Positions 19,180 to 30,130 are shown, counted from the first letter of the stretch. The stretch is 64,000 nt of DNA from Candidatus Micrarchaeota archaeon (GCA_021804095.1 JAJZKQ010000001.1:17993-81992); one strand, 5' to 3'. Numbers and translations: made by a program. The notes: a model not told the origin generated them from the letters alone.

Positions 19180-20430
19180 TCAGAAATCTATCTTTATTCT
19201 TTCCCCTATTTCAGGGGCGTAGGCTTCGAAACCTTCCATTTCCAACCGGTCCTTTAATGCTAATGTGCTGGTTTTATCTCCGTGAACACATACTACAGTT
19301 TCAGGGGAAGATCTTTTTACATAGTCGTATAGGTCTGCTTGGCCTGCGTGGGCGGAAAGATCATAAAAGGAGAATGGGGTCTTTATGAATACCTTTCTGT
19401 TGTCTATATCGAGGGGATTGTTGTCCAGAAGTTTTCTTCCGTTTGTACCTTCTGCCTGATATCCTGTAAGGAATATCATCGATTTGTCATTAAGTTTTGT
19501 AAGATAGTTCAAGACAGGACCTCCAGTAAGCATACCGGATGTTGTTACAATTATGCTGCCTCCGGATAGGGCCTCCTCCCTTTCCGCATCTTTTTTAAGA
19601 GTAGTTACCTTTGACATAGCTCCACTGAGAAGTTCAGGGTTATGTATGTATCCCTGATGCTCGAGGGCAATCCTCGTGGCGGCTTTGGCCATCCCATCAA
19701 GATAAGTATAGTTTGTAAGTTTGTGCTTTTCTAGAATTGCGAGGACCTCTTGACTGCGTCCTACGGCAAAGACAGGTATTAGTGCTATGCCATTATTTTC
19801 TACAACTTCCTTAATGTTTTCTACAAACAGTTTTATCAGGTTATTACGATCCGGGTGTTCTTTTATTGCATATGTTGATTCTATGACTAATACATCGCTT
19901 TCGACTACTTCTGCTCCATTTTGCAGAAACTGGGGTGAGAGCTTAAAATCCCCTGTATATACAATTTTTTTCCCGTTTCTGTTATTCTCTATCTTGGTTA
20001 TTGAGCTTCCGGAGATATGGCCTGCGTTGTGGAGTGAGATAGTGTAGTCGTGGAAATCTATCTTGCTACCATAGTTATAAGTTACGAAGGAATTTAGAAA
20101 GGACCTTAATTCGGTCTTTTTGTATTTAGATGGGTTATGTTTCATTTTTTGTACTCTGATTGCGTCCTCTATCAATAACTCCGCGAGGGCTCTGGTAGGA
20201 TCTGTACCGAAGGCCGGAGGCATTCCATTATGATACAATGCTGGAGAGAATCCGCTGTGGTCCAGATGTGCGTGGCTTAGTACAAAAGCGTCAACCCTGC
20301 CAGCAGGTAGAGGATATTCCACCTTTTCTTCTACTTTTATTCCGTAGTCGAGTAATATATTCTTGTTTCCTTCAAGGAGTATTCCTGATCTGCCTACTTC
20401 CTGGCCTCCTCCTAAAATCTTTATGTTCAA
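19180..20430 (-). CDS. beta-CASP metallo-beta-lactamase ribonuclease (aCPSF2-like)
   Basis: GGGQEVGRS, HAHLDH, AGHISGS, ESTY, SAHA, VHG. Confidence 0.92.
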   Translation of the reverse strand: MNIKILGGGQEVGRSGILLEGNKNILLDYGIKVEEKVEYPLPAGRVDAFVLSHAHLDHSGFSPALYHNGMPPAFGTDPTRALAELLIEDAIRVQKMKHNPSKYKKTELRSFLNSFVTYNYGSKIDFHDYTISLHNAGHISGSSITKIENNRNGKKIVYTGDFKLSPQFLQNGAEVVESDVLVIESTYAIKEHPDRNNLIKLFVENIKEVVENNGIALIPVFAVGRSQEVLAILEKHKLTNYTYLDGMAKAATRIALEHQGYIHNPELLSGAMSKVTTLKKDAEREEALSGGSIIVTTSGMLTGGPVLNYLTKLNDKSMIFLTGYQAEGTNGRKLLDNNPLDIDNRKVFIKTPFSFYDLSAHAGQADLYDYVKRSSPETVVCVHGDKTSTLALKDRLEMEGFEAYAPEIGERIKIDF

Positions 20431-20535
20431 AAAATCACTATTATTGAGATATTGTTTAGAAAAGTTTATAATGATAGATAAATAGATGTATTAAGAAACC
20501 TTTTATTGTTTCCCATCCTAGGGAGTATTGATTAT

Positions 20536-21342
20536 ATGATGGACGATATAACATTTGTGGATCTTGTTGTACTTCTTAAGGTAACACCAAATACACCGAT
20601 GGAAAAATTGGGAGCCGTGCTAAACGCAACGATATTTGATGCTTCCAATATAGCCGGTACTTTAAAACAGAAGGACCTTATTAACTTCACTGCGAATTAT
20701 CCTGGTCCTAATTTTATAACTATAACAGATACAGGAAAGGCATTAATTGCTGAGGCTGAAAGCAAGAGCGATTCGCCTTTAGATCAGCTTGATCATTCCC
20801 TCTTATCCCAGATGGCTGGCGGAAGAAGGCTCCTCTCAGACTTGCAGAGCACACTTGGAATAAGGGCAAAAGACCTGGCAATGAGGCTTTATAAGTTGAA
20901 TAAACAGAATTTGATAATTTATGAATTAAGGAATGGTAGTATTGAACTGTTACTTACAGAACAGGGTTTTCTGCAGGCTAAAAGTTCAGGAAACCAGAAT
21001 ATGAATAATCAGGCTCCGCAGAGCGCATATCAGTCGTCTCAGGCGCAGCAAAAACCTGTTCAGATCAATGTGCATTCCCCTCAACAAGCTCCTGAAGTTC
21101 AGCCGCAGAGATCTGAACCTAAGAAAACGCCTCTGATTGAAAGACCTATGCAGATTAATTCGCATACGGAGGAAGCGGGAAATAATGAAGTGGAAGTTCA
21201 GAATGTTGGTCAGGCTGGGAGAGATCCGGAAACAGGGAAGGCGGCGGATATGAAAGAAGGATCAAAGACACTTCCGTATTTGCTAATGTTGATAATCATC
21301 CTTGTAGCCGCATTCATCTTATATTACGTGAATTTTCATTAA
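20536..21342 (+). CDS. Tandem wHTH-like protein with Q/P-rich linker and C-terminal TM anchor
   Basis: ITDTGK and LTEQG wing motifs; hydrophobic C-terminus. Confidence 0.6.
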   Translation: MMDDITFVDLVVLLKVTPNTPMEKLGAVLNATIFDASNIAGTLKQKDLINFTANYPGPNFITITDTGKALIAEAESKSDSPLDQLDHSLLSQMAGGRRLLSDLQSTLGIRAKDLAMRLYKLNKQNLIIYELRNGSIELLLTEQGFLQAKSSGNQNMNNQAPQSAYQSSQAQQKPVQINVHSPQQAPEVQPQRSEPKKTPLIERPMQINSHTEEAGNNEVEVQNVGQAGRDPETGKAADMKEGSKTLPYLLMLIIILVAAFILYYVNFH

Positions 21343-21367
21343 GGCAATAGAGTAATAGGCGGTATTA

Positions 21368-21985
21368 ATGTTATGGGATTATTTCAAGGCAAAAGAGATT
21401 TTAGACAAATATGGAATACGGAGCATTGACAGCAGATATATAGAAAGTGCCGAGGATGCTGTAAGGTTTTCTAAAAACAGACCTATAGTATTGAAACTTA
21501 TATCTGAAAAAGAGCTCCACAAATCAAAGGCAGGGCTTGTCAAGCTGGAACTCTCTGATGAAAAGGCCATAAAGGCAGCTTATGAAGAACTCGTCTCTAA
21601 GGGAAAGAGCCTGAAGCCGTATAGGATAATAGCCCAGGCAATGGCGAGTGGAGGAGGAGTCGAGGCCATAATAGGCGGCAGGGAAGACCCTCAATTCGGA
21701 AAGCTTATCCTGATAGGGCTTGGAGGAATATACGTTGAAGCATTCAAAGACTTTGCACTTAGGGTATGCCCGATAAGCGAGTATGATGCTGGAGAGATGC
21801 TCGAACAGCTCGTTTCCAGAAGTGTGATAACTTACAAGGGGAAATCAAGGAAGATGCTGGTAAAGCTTCTTATGGATGTTTCCAAGCTTTTGGTGGAGAA
21901 TCCACAGATAAAGGAGCTAGACCTGAATCCAGTCATATTGAGGGAAAAGAGCTACGATATAGTAGACATCAGGGTGTTGGAATGA
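21368..21985 (+). CDS. acdB: ADP-forming acyl-CoA synthetase beta subunit
   Basis: HKS..G.V, DPQFG, GLGGIYVE, ELDLNP. Confidence 0.9.
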   Translation: MLWDYFKAKEILDKYGIRSIDSRYIESAEDAVRFSKNRPIVLKLISEKELHKSKAGLVKLELSDEKAIKAAYEELVSKGKSLKPYRIIAQAMASGGGVEAIIGGREDPQFGKLILIGLGGIYVEAFKDFALRVCPISEYDAGEMLEQLVSRSVITYKGKSRKMLVKLLMDVSKLLVENPQIKELDLNPVILREKSYDIVDIRVLE

Positions 21986-23364
21986 AAGAATTGAAGTATA
22001 TTTTGAAACCGAAAAGCGTAGTCATAGTTGGAGCATCTAGGATACCCGGGAAGGTAGGCCATATAATATTACAAAATTACATAAATGACGGATATTCGGG
22101 AAAGATATATCTGGTAAATAGGAACGAAGAAGAGATTTTGGGGATGAGGTCCTACAGCAGAGTTACAGATATCAAGGCAGACGGCATAGATCTTGCGGTG
22201 ATTGCTGTGCCTGCGGAAGCTGTGCCTGGTGTTCTTGAAGACTGCGGTAAGGCTGAAGTAAAAAGTGCAGTGGTTGTAAGTGGAGGATTTGCGGAGATAG
22301 GGAAACAGGAATTGCAAGATGAGATAGTTAGAATAGCAAAAAAGTACAAAATAGCGATGATTGGGCCTAACTGCCTGGGAGTTATGGATCCTAGGTCAAG
22401 AGTCAACACGCTCTTTCTTCCTTCGTACAAGCTTGCAAAACCGGAGATAGGTGGAATAAGCTTCGTCGCACAGAGCGGTGCTGTTGGAAGTACTGTCCTG
22501 GATCTGATGGCAGGGGAGGGATTTGGAATCTCGAAATTTATCTCTTATGGAAATGCGGCGGACATAGACGAAGTGGATATACTCGAATACCTTATGGAAG
22601 ATGAGGAGACAAAAGTAATAGCAATGTATATAGAAGGGATAAAGAGAGGCAAGGACTTCATTGAGCTTGGAAAAAGAATAACCAAAAAGAAACCAGTTAT
22701 AATATTGAAGGCTGGTAGAACCGAGGCTGGAGCTACAGCCGCACATTCGCATACTGCTGCGCTTGCAGGAAGCTATGAAGCACATGAAGCCGTTTTCAGG
22801 CAGTTTGGATTTACCATTGCAAATGATATAAGCGAGCTCCTATATTACTCTAAGATTTTTGCTTCTGAAGCCGCACCGGCAGGAAGCAGAATAGGAATAA
22901 TAACCAATGGAGGAGGAGCAGGAGTTCTTACTACTGATGCGATAGCTTCTTCCAGGCATATGTTGCTCGGGGAACTGAGTGAGAAGTCCAAATCGGAGCT
23001 CAAGAAGGTAATGCCCCCTCTTGTGAATATAGCAAACCCTTTGGATCTGGCCGGAGACGCGGATGACAGAAGATATAGAGATGCACTTACATCCATGGCT
23101 TCTGATCAGGGAATAGATATGATAATAGTAATAATTCTGTTTCAGACCCCAGGTGCAGATTCGAGGCTTGCCGCTGAAGTGGTAGCCATGAAGGAAAAAA
23201 CATCTAAACCGATGGTTGTTTTAAGCATCGGCTCTGAGTACACAGAGATGCATAAGATGATGATGGAGCGATCAGGACTTCCTGTTTATGACTCGCCTAG
23301 AGCAGTAGCGCTTTCTCTTGAGGCACTTTATTCTTACTACAAATATAAGGCCAGATTTGGGTAG
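21982..23364 (+). CDS. acdA: ADP-forming acyl-CoA synthetase alpha subunit
   Basis: GPNCLG, QSGA, SHTAALAG, NPLDL. Confidence 0.93.
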   Translation: MKELKYILKPKSVVIVGASRIPGKVGHIILQNYINDGYSGKIYLVNRNEEEILGMRSYSRVTDIKADGIDLAVIAVPAEAVPGVLEDCGKAEVKSAVVVSGGFAEIGKQELQDEIVRIAKKYKIAMIGPNCLGVMDPRSRVNTLFLPSYKLAKPEIGGISFVAQSGAVGSTVLDLMAGEGFGISKFISYGNAADIDEVDILEYLMEDEETKVIAMYIEGIKRGKDFIELGKRITKKKPVIILKAGRTEAGATAAHSHTAALAGSYEAHEAVFRQFGFTIANDISELLYYSKIFASEAAPAGSRIGIITNGGGAGVLTTDAIASSRHMLLGELSEKSKSELKKVMPPLVNIANPLDLAGDADDRRYRDALTSMASDQGIDMIIVIILFQTPGADSRLAAEVVAMKEKTSKPMVVLSIGSEYTEMHKMMMERSGLPVYDSPRAVALSLEALYSYYKYKARFG

Positions 23365-23431
23365 TGAATCGGTCTTTTAATAGGAGTTATCCGCACGGAT
23401 TAAAAAGTCGTAGTGCAAACACATTTATATC

Positions 23432-24136
23432 ATGTTAAATATCATTAACGGAGTAACCCAGAGAGAGTTACAGGTTTTAGATATGGAAATTTTAATTAGA
23501 AGGCCTGAAGTAGAAAAATTTAGGTTAGGAGTAGACATAGACAACGTTACTGCGAATTCTTCGCAATTATTAGTAGATATACTAAGAAGGAGAGGATTCT
23601 GGGATATTGAAAGGGACCATATAACAAGGAGGCCTTTCCACGAGTCGCCGAGATTTATGGAGCTTGGAATAAGCAGAGAGGTAGTATCAAAGGTATTGGA
23701 TGGTTTATGGGAATATGAATTCGGCCGTATTGAGTTGATGGATAAAAGAATAGGAAGAATAATCGATGGTCTGCGTGCGAAAAATATAAGCATAGATATA
23801 ATAACTACAATGGGTGCAAGAAACCCTTTAATGCGACCGAATCTTGAAGTATGGCTCCAAGGAAAAGGGATAATTTATGATACAGTAAGCTTTGTCAGTG
23901 GCAATTCCGAGAAAGCAGAAGCGGGGCTACACACTATAGTAGATGATGAAGAAGGACTTGCCAAACTTCTGTCAGCAAAGGGAAAGCCTGGAATAATATA
24001 TGATGCTCCATGGAATAGAAAATTTGTTGAAGATCTCAGGCTTGAAGGTCGTCGAAACCCTTTGATTTACACCGTAAGGAACTGGGAAGAGCTTGGGACG
24101 GTAGTGGAAGAATTGAATAAGGCTTTTAGAAGCTAA
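23432..24136 (+). CDS. HAD 5'(3')-deoxyribonucleotidase-like protein
   Basis: GVDIDNV, VDD, APWN. Confidence 0.75.
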   Translation: MLNIINGVTQRELQVLDMEILIRRPEVEKFRLGVDIDNVTANSSQLLVDILRRRGFWDIERDHITRRPFHESPRFMELGISREVVSKVLDGLWEYEFGRIELMDKRIGRIIDGLRAKNISIDIITTMGARNPLMRPNLEVWLQGKGIIYDTVSFVSGNSEKAEAGLHTIVDDEEGLAKLLSAKGKPGIIYDAPWNRKFVEDLRLEGRRNPLIYTVRNWEELGTVVEELNKAFRS

Positions 24137-24151
24137 TTGTGATATACATAC

Positions 24152-25072
24152 ATGGTGCAGTTGGAGATCCTCTGTTGTGGAGAACTGACAATTGATGAGA
24201 TATCTGAAGCCGGTTCGATATCAGGAGAGGGTTCATTAAAGCTTAGTTCTACAGGGCGGTTTTTTGGAGGCAGGGGGGGAAATGCCTCAGTATATGCCAG
24301 CATGTTCGGAGTCAGTGTAGGGATTATGGGTGCTGTGGGAGAAGAAATCGGGGGACAGGAGTATGTAAAACACCTGATTTCTGAAATGGTTGATGTTGAG
24401 AACCTTTATTATAATAAGAAAGCCCATACAAACAAATGCTTTATTTTTAATGGGCAGGAAGGCTCCAAGATTTTCTTTTATGGCGGAGCACTCCTGGAAG
24501 AGAGAGAGCCTTATCTAGAGCATCTTAGTAGCAGGATAGCCAAAATAGAACATAGGATGCTTTATTCCACCTCTCCTGATCCTGAAGTGAATTATATCTT
24601 ATTGAAGAATTCGGAAGCCGGGATAAAGTGCTTCGGTCCTTCAAGCAATATTTATTCATATTTAAAAAAGGAAGCGGAGGCATGCCTGGGAAATTCGGAT
24701 ATTTTATTCTTGAATGAAGATGAAGGCGAGTTTCTTGAAAGACTGCTCCAGAAAAAGATGCAGGAGATCATAAAAGAGTTTAATCTGAAGTTCATTGTGA
24801 AGACTTTGGGAAACCGGGGTGGCGAGATAATTGCCGAAGATTCGGTATTGAAAATACCACCGTATGAAGCTTCAGGTGTTATCGACACTAGTGGTGCGGG
24901 AGATGCGTTTGCAGGAGCATTTATGGCCAATTATTATAAGACAGAAGATCTTCCTTATTCGGGTAATATAGCTTCAGCTACAGCTTCTTTCGTTGTAGAA
25001 CAGGCTGGTTGCCAGAGCAGAATGCCAACTAGGGAGGAGATATTTGAAAGGATGAAAAAGAGGATTATTTGA
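24152..25072 (+). CDS. PfkB-family (nucleoside) kinase
   Basis: GGRGGN, DTSGAGDAFAG. Confidence 0.9.
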   Translation: MVQLEILCCGELTIDEISEAGSISGEGSLKLSSTGRFFGGRGGNASVYASMFGVSVGIMGAVGEEIGGQEYVKHLISEMVDVENLYYNKKAHTNKCFIFNGQEGSKIFFYGGALLEEREPYLEHLSSRIAKIEHRMLYSTSPDPEVNYILLKNSEAGIKCFGPSSNIYSYLKKEAEACLGNSDILFLNEDEGEFLERLLQKKMQEIIKEFNLKFIVKTLGNRGGEIIAEDSVLKIPPYEASGVIDTSGAGDAFAGAFMANYYKTEDLPYSGNIASATASFVVEQAGCQSRMPTREEIFERMKKRII

Positions 25073-25893
25073 TGGATAGGATTGGATTGAGTTATGAAGA
25101 AAGGATAGGAAATTCTTCAAATTCTGCCTCTGCAAGATTATTTTCTATCATGTCAGAGAAAGAGACAAATTTGGCATTTAGTTGTGATGTCGCAGACTAT
25201 ACAGAGCTACTCGGTCTTGCTGAACTTTTGGGGCCCGAGATTGCAGTCCTAAAGACGCATGCAGACATAGTTGAAGGATTTACATCCGAGGTTGGGCTTA
25301 GGCTAATGGCTATCGCGAGAAAGCACGGCTTCCTTATTTTCGAAGATAGAAAGTTTGCCGATATAGGCAATACATCAGTAATGCAGTATGCTCAAGGCAG
25401 CCTTAGAATATCGAGCTGGTCTAATTTTGTCAGTATGAATGTTCTTTCAGGTCCTGGGCAGCTTGAAGGAATTGGCAGCGTGATGCGCAGGGCTGATGAC
25501 GGAAATCCCAGGGGAATATTGATACTTGCACAGATGTCCTCTGAAAAAAACCTTGCCAGTGGAGAGTATACAAGGAAGGCGGTGGAATTCGGGCATGCTA
25601 ATCAGGATGTAGTTTCAGGATACATAGGGAATGGCAGCAACCCTTTGGAGCTGAATATGCTTTCAAAGATGTCTTTACCTGGAGATGTGATAATGGCTCC
25701 GGGAGTTAAGATGGGTGGCAGAGCAGATGCAATGGGACAGAATTACAGTAGCCCCGATGGAGCAATATTGGCTGGAGCTGACTGCATTATAGTGGGGCGG
25801 GGCATTTATGAAGCGGAGAAGCCCGAACTTGCTGCTGTTTCTTATAGAAAAGCGGCATGGAAGGCTTATCTTAAAAGAATTGGTAGTGGATGA
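25069..25893 (+). CDS. pyrF: Orotidine-5'-phosphate decarboxylase
   Basis: LKTHAD, FEDRKFADIGNT, IIVGRGI. Confidence 0.95.
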   Translation: MMDRIGLSYEERIGNSSNSASARLFSIMSEKETNLAFSCDVADYTELLGLAELLGPEIAVLKTHADIVEGFTSEVGLRLMAIARKHGFLIFEDRKFADIGNTSVMQYAQGSLRISSWSNFVSMNVLSGPGQLEGIGSVMRRADDGNPRGILILAQMSSEKNLASGEYTRKAVEFGHANQDVVSGYIGNGSNPLELNMLSKMSLPGDVIMAPGVKMGGRADAMGQNYSSPDGAILAGADCIIVGRGIYEAEKPELAAVSYRKAAWKAYLKRIGSG

Positions 25894-25894
25894 A

Positions 25895-26683
25895 ATGGTC
25901 AATTTTCCAGATATAGATGTAGAGGACGATTTGAAGAAAGAGATAATTAAGGAGATGTATAATACAGGACAGATACTTACATGGTATAGGGATAGACCTG
26001 AAGGATGGAAGCTTGCTGGCGGACTCTGGAGCCCGTTATACATAAATCAGAGGTCGATGCCTTCAAATCCTAGAACTTTCAAGAAAGCTGTCGAAGCTCT
26101 CGGCTCAATTCTCATTAGCCTGGGATATAAACCTTACGGGAATGATAAAGTAGTAGGGCTTGCCATGGCAGGGGTGCCTTTTGCAAGTGCGCTTTCTGTA
26201 ATGTTCGGCTTCCCTGCTCTTTATACTAGAAAGCTTCCTGAAGGCGTTAAGACTGAAGAAGACGTTCAGGCATATATCAAAAGTCATGGCCAGCATGCGC
26301 TTGTGGAAGGTGAACTTAATGATGGGGACAGGCTTGTTATGATAGATGATCTGGTCACAGGATTCGATAGCAAGCTGCTCGCTATTGGCCAGATTAATGG
26401 GGAACTTCTGAGAAGGAGTGTTTCAGGCACTTCGATGAAAGACATAGTAGTTCTGATTGATAGAGAACAGGGTGGAGCGGATAAGGCAAAAAAGCTGGGA
26501 TACCGTCTGCATTCAGTGATACGCTTTAAATCTGAAGGATTAGAGCTCCTCAAGGATTCCATATCAGATATTGAGTATTCCATTATCACAAGGTATCTTT
26601 CAAATGACAGCAGATTCCAAGACAGGGTGATTCAGGAGGAATTGAAGGAAGCCGCTATGGAGAAGAAAAGAGAAGGCCCATGA
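25895..26683 (+). CDS. pyrE: Orotate phosphoribosyltransferase
   Basis: SPLYIN.R, IDDLVT, LIDREQG. Confidence 0.88.
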   Translation: MVNFPDIDVEDDLKKEIIKEMYNTGQILTWYRDRPEGWKLAGGLWSPLYINQRSMPSNPRTFKKAVEALGSILISLGYKPYGNDKVVGLAMAGVPFASALSVMFGFPALYTRKLPEGVKTEEDVQAYIKSHGQHALVEGELNDGDRLVMIDDLVTGFDSKLLAIGQINGELLRRSVSGTSMKDIVVLIDREQGGADKAKKLGYRLHSVIRFKSEGLELLKDSISDIEYSIITRYLSNDSRFQDRVIQEELKEAAMEKKREGP

Positions 26684-27890
26684 TACGATTTATTGTCGCC
26701 TCTTTTTTTTCTTCCGATGCAAGAAGGTCAAACAACAGTGATGGATTCACATTCAGGTCATATTTGTTCTCTGCTAGCTTTTTTAAAAAGAGGCCTACGC
26801 CATAGTCACGTATGGATACGCTTTCAAGCATACCGTTTCTGAGCTCTTCGGCTTCTTTCGAATCTTGAGATTCTATTCCGGATTTTGTTATCTCTATTAT
26901 AGCATTTGCAGAATGCGAATCGGAGATCCCTTTTAATCCGATATCTATGTTTTTGAAGCCTTCTTTGAGTCTTCCTTCTAGAACTACCCGTATTATGGGT
27001 TTTTCTTTATTTTCAGTAGGTATTTTTAATATCTGCTCTTCGACCTTGCTTTTTATCTCTGCGGGAGCAAGATTAGCTATGTCTATCTTTAACATGACAA
27101 ACTTTCGCGAATTTATCTTTCTGAAGAAGTAGGTGTTTGTTTTTGTATCGTATATGAAGAAGCCCTTTTCCTCCTGCTCGCCCTCTTTTAGCTGTGTAAG
27201 TACAGTGCTTCCTGGTATTAAGAAATTCTTCCCGTGGCACTTCGATTCGACCTTGCTATGTATATGCCCATCTACATAAAGGTCAAAGCCTTTTGGAAGT
27301 TCCTCAAGTTTTATTATGTTCTCTCCGAAAGGAAGAAATTCATATACAGATTGATGGAAGAGGAAGAGATTGAAGGCTCCTTCAGAAGGCTGGGGCTTTA
27401 CCTGATTTATTGTTTCTTTGAATCTCTCTTCAGCGACTCCGCCTATTCCATATACAGATACAAGTTCTCCGTTCTTTTCTACTGTCACTCTTGCCTGATT
27501 GGCATTTACAAGATATCCTGCAAGATTCAATAGGTCTATAGAATCGGTCTCATCTGCAGTCCTCCTTTCATGGGTTCCGGGTATTGCGATTATAGGTACT
27601 TCAGTATAACACTTTCCCCTTCCTTCAAAACCAACTACCTTGGCCGTGAATTTCTGGGATGATATTTTTTTGAACAAGCTTACAGCCTCTACTATTACTT
27701 CGGGCTTCGGATGTCTGTAGTCGAAGATATCACCAGCTATTACTATAATGTCGGCTTCCCTGCTTGCTATTTCCATTGCTTCAGAAGCCTGCCTGAAAGC
27801 ATCTTCCCTGAATCTCTCGTAGCCTATATGAAAGTCTGAAAGTATTGCTATATTCAAATAAAGACCTTGTGAATGGCTCCTTTTCATCAA
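26655..27890 (-). CDS. mre11: Mre11-family DNA repair nuclease
   Basis: SDFHIG, AGDIFD, PGTHE, GHIH, PGS. Confidence 0.88.
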   Translation of the reverse strand: MMKRSHSQGLYLNIAILSDFHIGYERFREDAFRQASEAMEIASREADIIVIAGDIFDYRHPKPEVIVEAVSLFKKISSQKFTAKVVGFEGRGKCYTEVPIIAIPGTHERRTADETDSIDLLNLAGYLVNANQARVTVEKNGELVSVYGIGGVAEERFKETINQVKPQPSEGAFNLFLFHQSVYEFLPFGENIIKLEELPKGFDLYVDGHIHSKVESKCHGKNFLIPGSTVLTQLKEGEQEEKGFFIYDTKTNTYFFRKINSRKFVMLKIDIANLAPAEIKSKVEEQILKIPTENKEKPIIRVVLEGRLKEGFKNIDIGLKGISDSHSANAIIEITKSGIESQDSKEAEELRNGMLESVSIRDYGVGLFLKKLAENKYDLNVNPSLLFDLLASEEKKEATINRIMGLLFSSP

Positions 27891-28754
27891 TTAGATGATG
27901 AAATATATAAGGAGATTGCCGAATAGCAGTGATATTATTATGCCTATAAGCGCAAAAAATGCGAGGGGTATTCCGCTGGTATAGACGGGTATTTTCTTTT
28001 TTATAGCCTTGGTCTCATTAAGCGTTTCCTTGGTCACAAGCCTTCCGAAATGCTTTGACTTTGATGAGAAATATTTAAGATCTGCGGTTGGCATGAGGTT
28101 TGTGGCTATCATGTCTTCTTTTGATAGGTCTTTTGGATATACGTAAGAGACCATCTGCATATTGATCTCCTTTTCAAATATGACAGCTAATGAAGAAGCT
28201 GCGCCCATTGTTATGATTATGACTGCCGTAAACGCCTTAAAGCCTGCCAGATAGGAAATTAGAAATAGAAGAATAAGATACGATATAAAAAGCCCTAATC
28301 CGTGGTATATCTTTCTCCTTTTTGGCGAAGCCGATCTGAATCCTCCTTTTATAAACGATCTTCCCAGATAGTATATAGTTGTAAGGACTATTGCAGAATA
28401 CCCGGTAGATATAAGCACAGATAATATGAATGGAAGGCCGAATTGAGGGAGCTGGGAGAGAATAGGGTTAGGCTGTATTGGTAGAAGCATGCTTATAGTT
28501 GCAAATTCCATGAAGTCTCCTGCGCCCATTATCCCTTTCCTGTATATTAGATAGCCTAGGGCTATTATTAAAGTTGAGATGGTCAGACTTATCTCTATTG
28601 TCCTTAATCCATAGGTGAAGGTTATAGCCAAGCCCAATATGAAGACTCCATATACAAAAATGTCAGGTACATTTCTTTTGTTAAGTAGATCATATGCAGC
28701 ATATGCAAGTCCCACTATAAGCAATAAAGCTATCCTGTATATGAACGGAATCAT
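27891..28754 (-). CDS. Prepilin peptidase (A24, PibD/FlaK-like)
   Basis: AAYDL..R.VPD, MGAGD, TM-rich, C-terminal GIP. Confidence 0.8.
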   Translation of the reverse strand: MIPFIYRIALLLIVGLAYAAYDLLNKRNVPDIFVYGVFILGLAITFTYGLRTIEISLTISTLIIALGYLIYRKGIMGAGDFMEFATISMLLPIQPNPILSQLPQFGLPFILSVLISTGYSAIVLTTIYYLGRSFIKGGFRSASPKRRKIYHGLGLFISYLILLFLISYLAGFKAFTAVIIITMGAASSLAVIFEKEINMQMVSYVYPKDLSKEDMIATNLMPTADLKYFSSKSKHFGRLVTKETLNETKAIKKKIPVYTSGIPLAFFALIGIIISLLFGNLLIYFII

Positions 28755-28996
28755 CTGATCAGGTCAGAATACTTATAGTAAATATTTATAGATATCTTTG
28801 AGTTCCTTTAAAGTTATTTTGAATAAGCAGTGAAAGTATAGACAGGGCATTCTGCAGTGATGTTGTGCATACGTTTCTGGAGATATTTTGCCCGGTGGTG
28901 GAGAATGGGATTTGTAAATTGAAAAAGTTAAACTGATTAGTTTCTATATCCAACAGAACTTTTTTAAACTTTTGTGTGGTATTCTGTCCAGATTGG

Positions 28997-30112
28997 ATGG
29001 AAAGACAGACATATGCTTATAAAAGTAGTCATGGGAATTCCATACTCGCCATATTTCTCGGAATCATAATATCATTGGTCTTCTTTCTTTTAGACTATTA
29101 TCTTACTTCTAGCTTAATCGGCAGCGCTGCGGTTTCACTTGTCGTTTTTGTCATATACTTTATGCTTGGCGTAAAGGTTTTGAAAGAATGGGACAGGGCA
29201 CCTATACTCACTTTGGGAAAGTACAAGGGGACTTATGGTCCTGGACTCTTCTTCATAATACCCATAATACAAAAAATGCCATACAGATTTGATCTTAGGA
29301 CCTTCTCGACAACATTTTCAGCTGAGAAGACCCTGACGCAGGATAATGTTGGCGTAGATGTTGAAGCTATAATGTTCGCGAAGATAGAAAACCCCGAGAA
29401 TACTGTGCTACAGGTAAATGATGTTTACCAGTCAGTTTCGCTTGCGGCGCAGACAGCGCTTAGAGATGTTATAGGAAAAGTAAGCCTGAGCCAGATGATT
29501 GTCGGGAGGAGTGAGATAGCAGATAGTGTAAAGACTCTTATCGACCAGCGAGTTACACCGTGGGGAATGAATGTCATATCGGTTGAGATAAGGGATGTGA
29601 AGATACCGGATGAATTACAGGATGCTATGGCAAAGGTAGCTATAGCTTCAAGGGAACGTGATGCCAGGGTTATTCTTGCGGAGTCGGAAAAACTTGCAGC
29701 TACCAATATGGTTGCGGCTGCGCAGACCTATCAATCCAATATTTATGCAATGCAGCTGCGTGCATTGAATATGCTTTATGAGATAGGGATAAGCGGCAAG
29801 AATCATCTTATATTCATACCCACAGAATCAAGAGGGCTCGGGATACCTACGCCGATAGGTGTGCTAGGTATAGAGAAGATGGTAGGCATAGGCAATGAAA
29901 AGGACTCGGGGTCAGAAAATCCGCATGGCGGATCTTCTTCAGGAAAAGGCAGATCTCAGACTATGCGTAATTTCCCACCTTCTATTAATAAGAATACACC
30001 CCAGGAAGTAAACAAACCAGATAAACAGGATGTAGGTGTGGCTTCGGGAGGAGGAATCAAGCTTGTGCCTGATCAGGAAGAAGAGAGAGGAAATGATACA
30101 TTTAAGATATAG
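28997..30112 (+). CDS. SPFH/stomatin-like protein
   Basis: GPGLFFIIP, TQDNV, QTALRDVIG, VEIRDV. Confidence 0.92.
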   Translation: MERQTYAYKSSHGNSILAIFLGIIISLVFFLLDYYLTSSLIGSAAVSLVVFVIYFMLGVKVLKEWDRAPILTLGKYKGTYGPGLFFIIPIIQKMPYRFDLRTFSTTFSAEKTLTQDNVGVDVEAIMFAKIENPENTVLQVNDVYQSVSLAAQTALRDVIGKVSLSQMIVGRSEIADSVKTLIDQRVTPWGMNVISVEIRDVKIPDELQDAMAKVAIASRERDARVILAESEKLAATNMVAAAQTYQSNIYAMQLRALNMLYEIGISGKNHLIFIPTESRGLGIPTPIGVLGIEKMVGIGNEKDSGSENPHGGSSSGKGRSQTMRNFPPSINKNTPQEVNKPDKQDVGVASGGGIKLVPDQEEERGNDTFKI

Positions 30113-30130
30113 AAAATTTGATGTGATTTT

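Noticed and set aside
28840..28900. Weak hairpins here and at 32670-32770 and 35737-35778
   Set aside because: Short or imperfect stems without a recognisable motif
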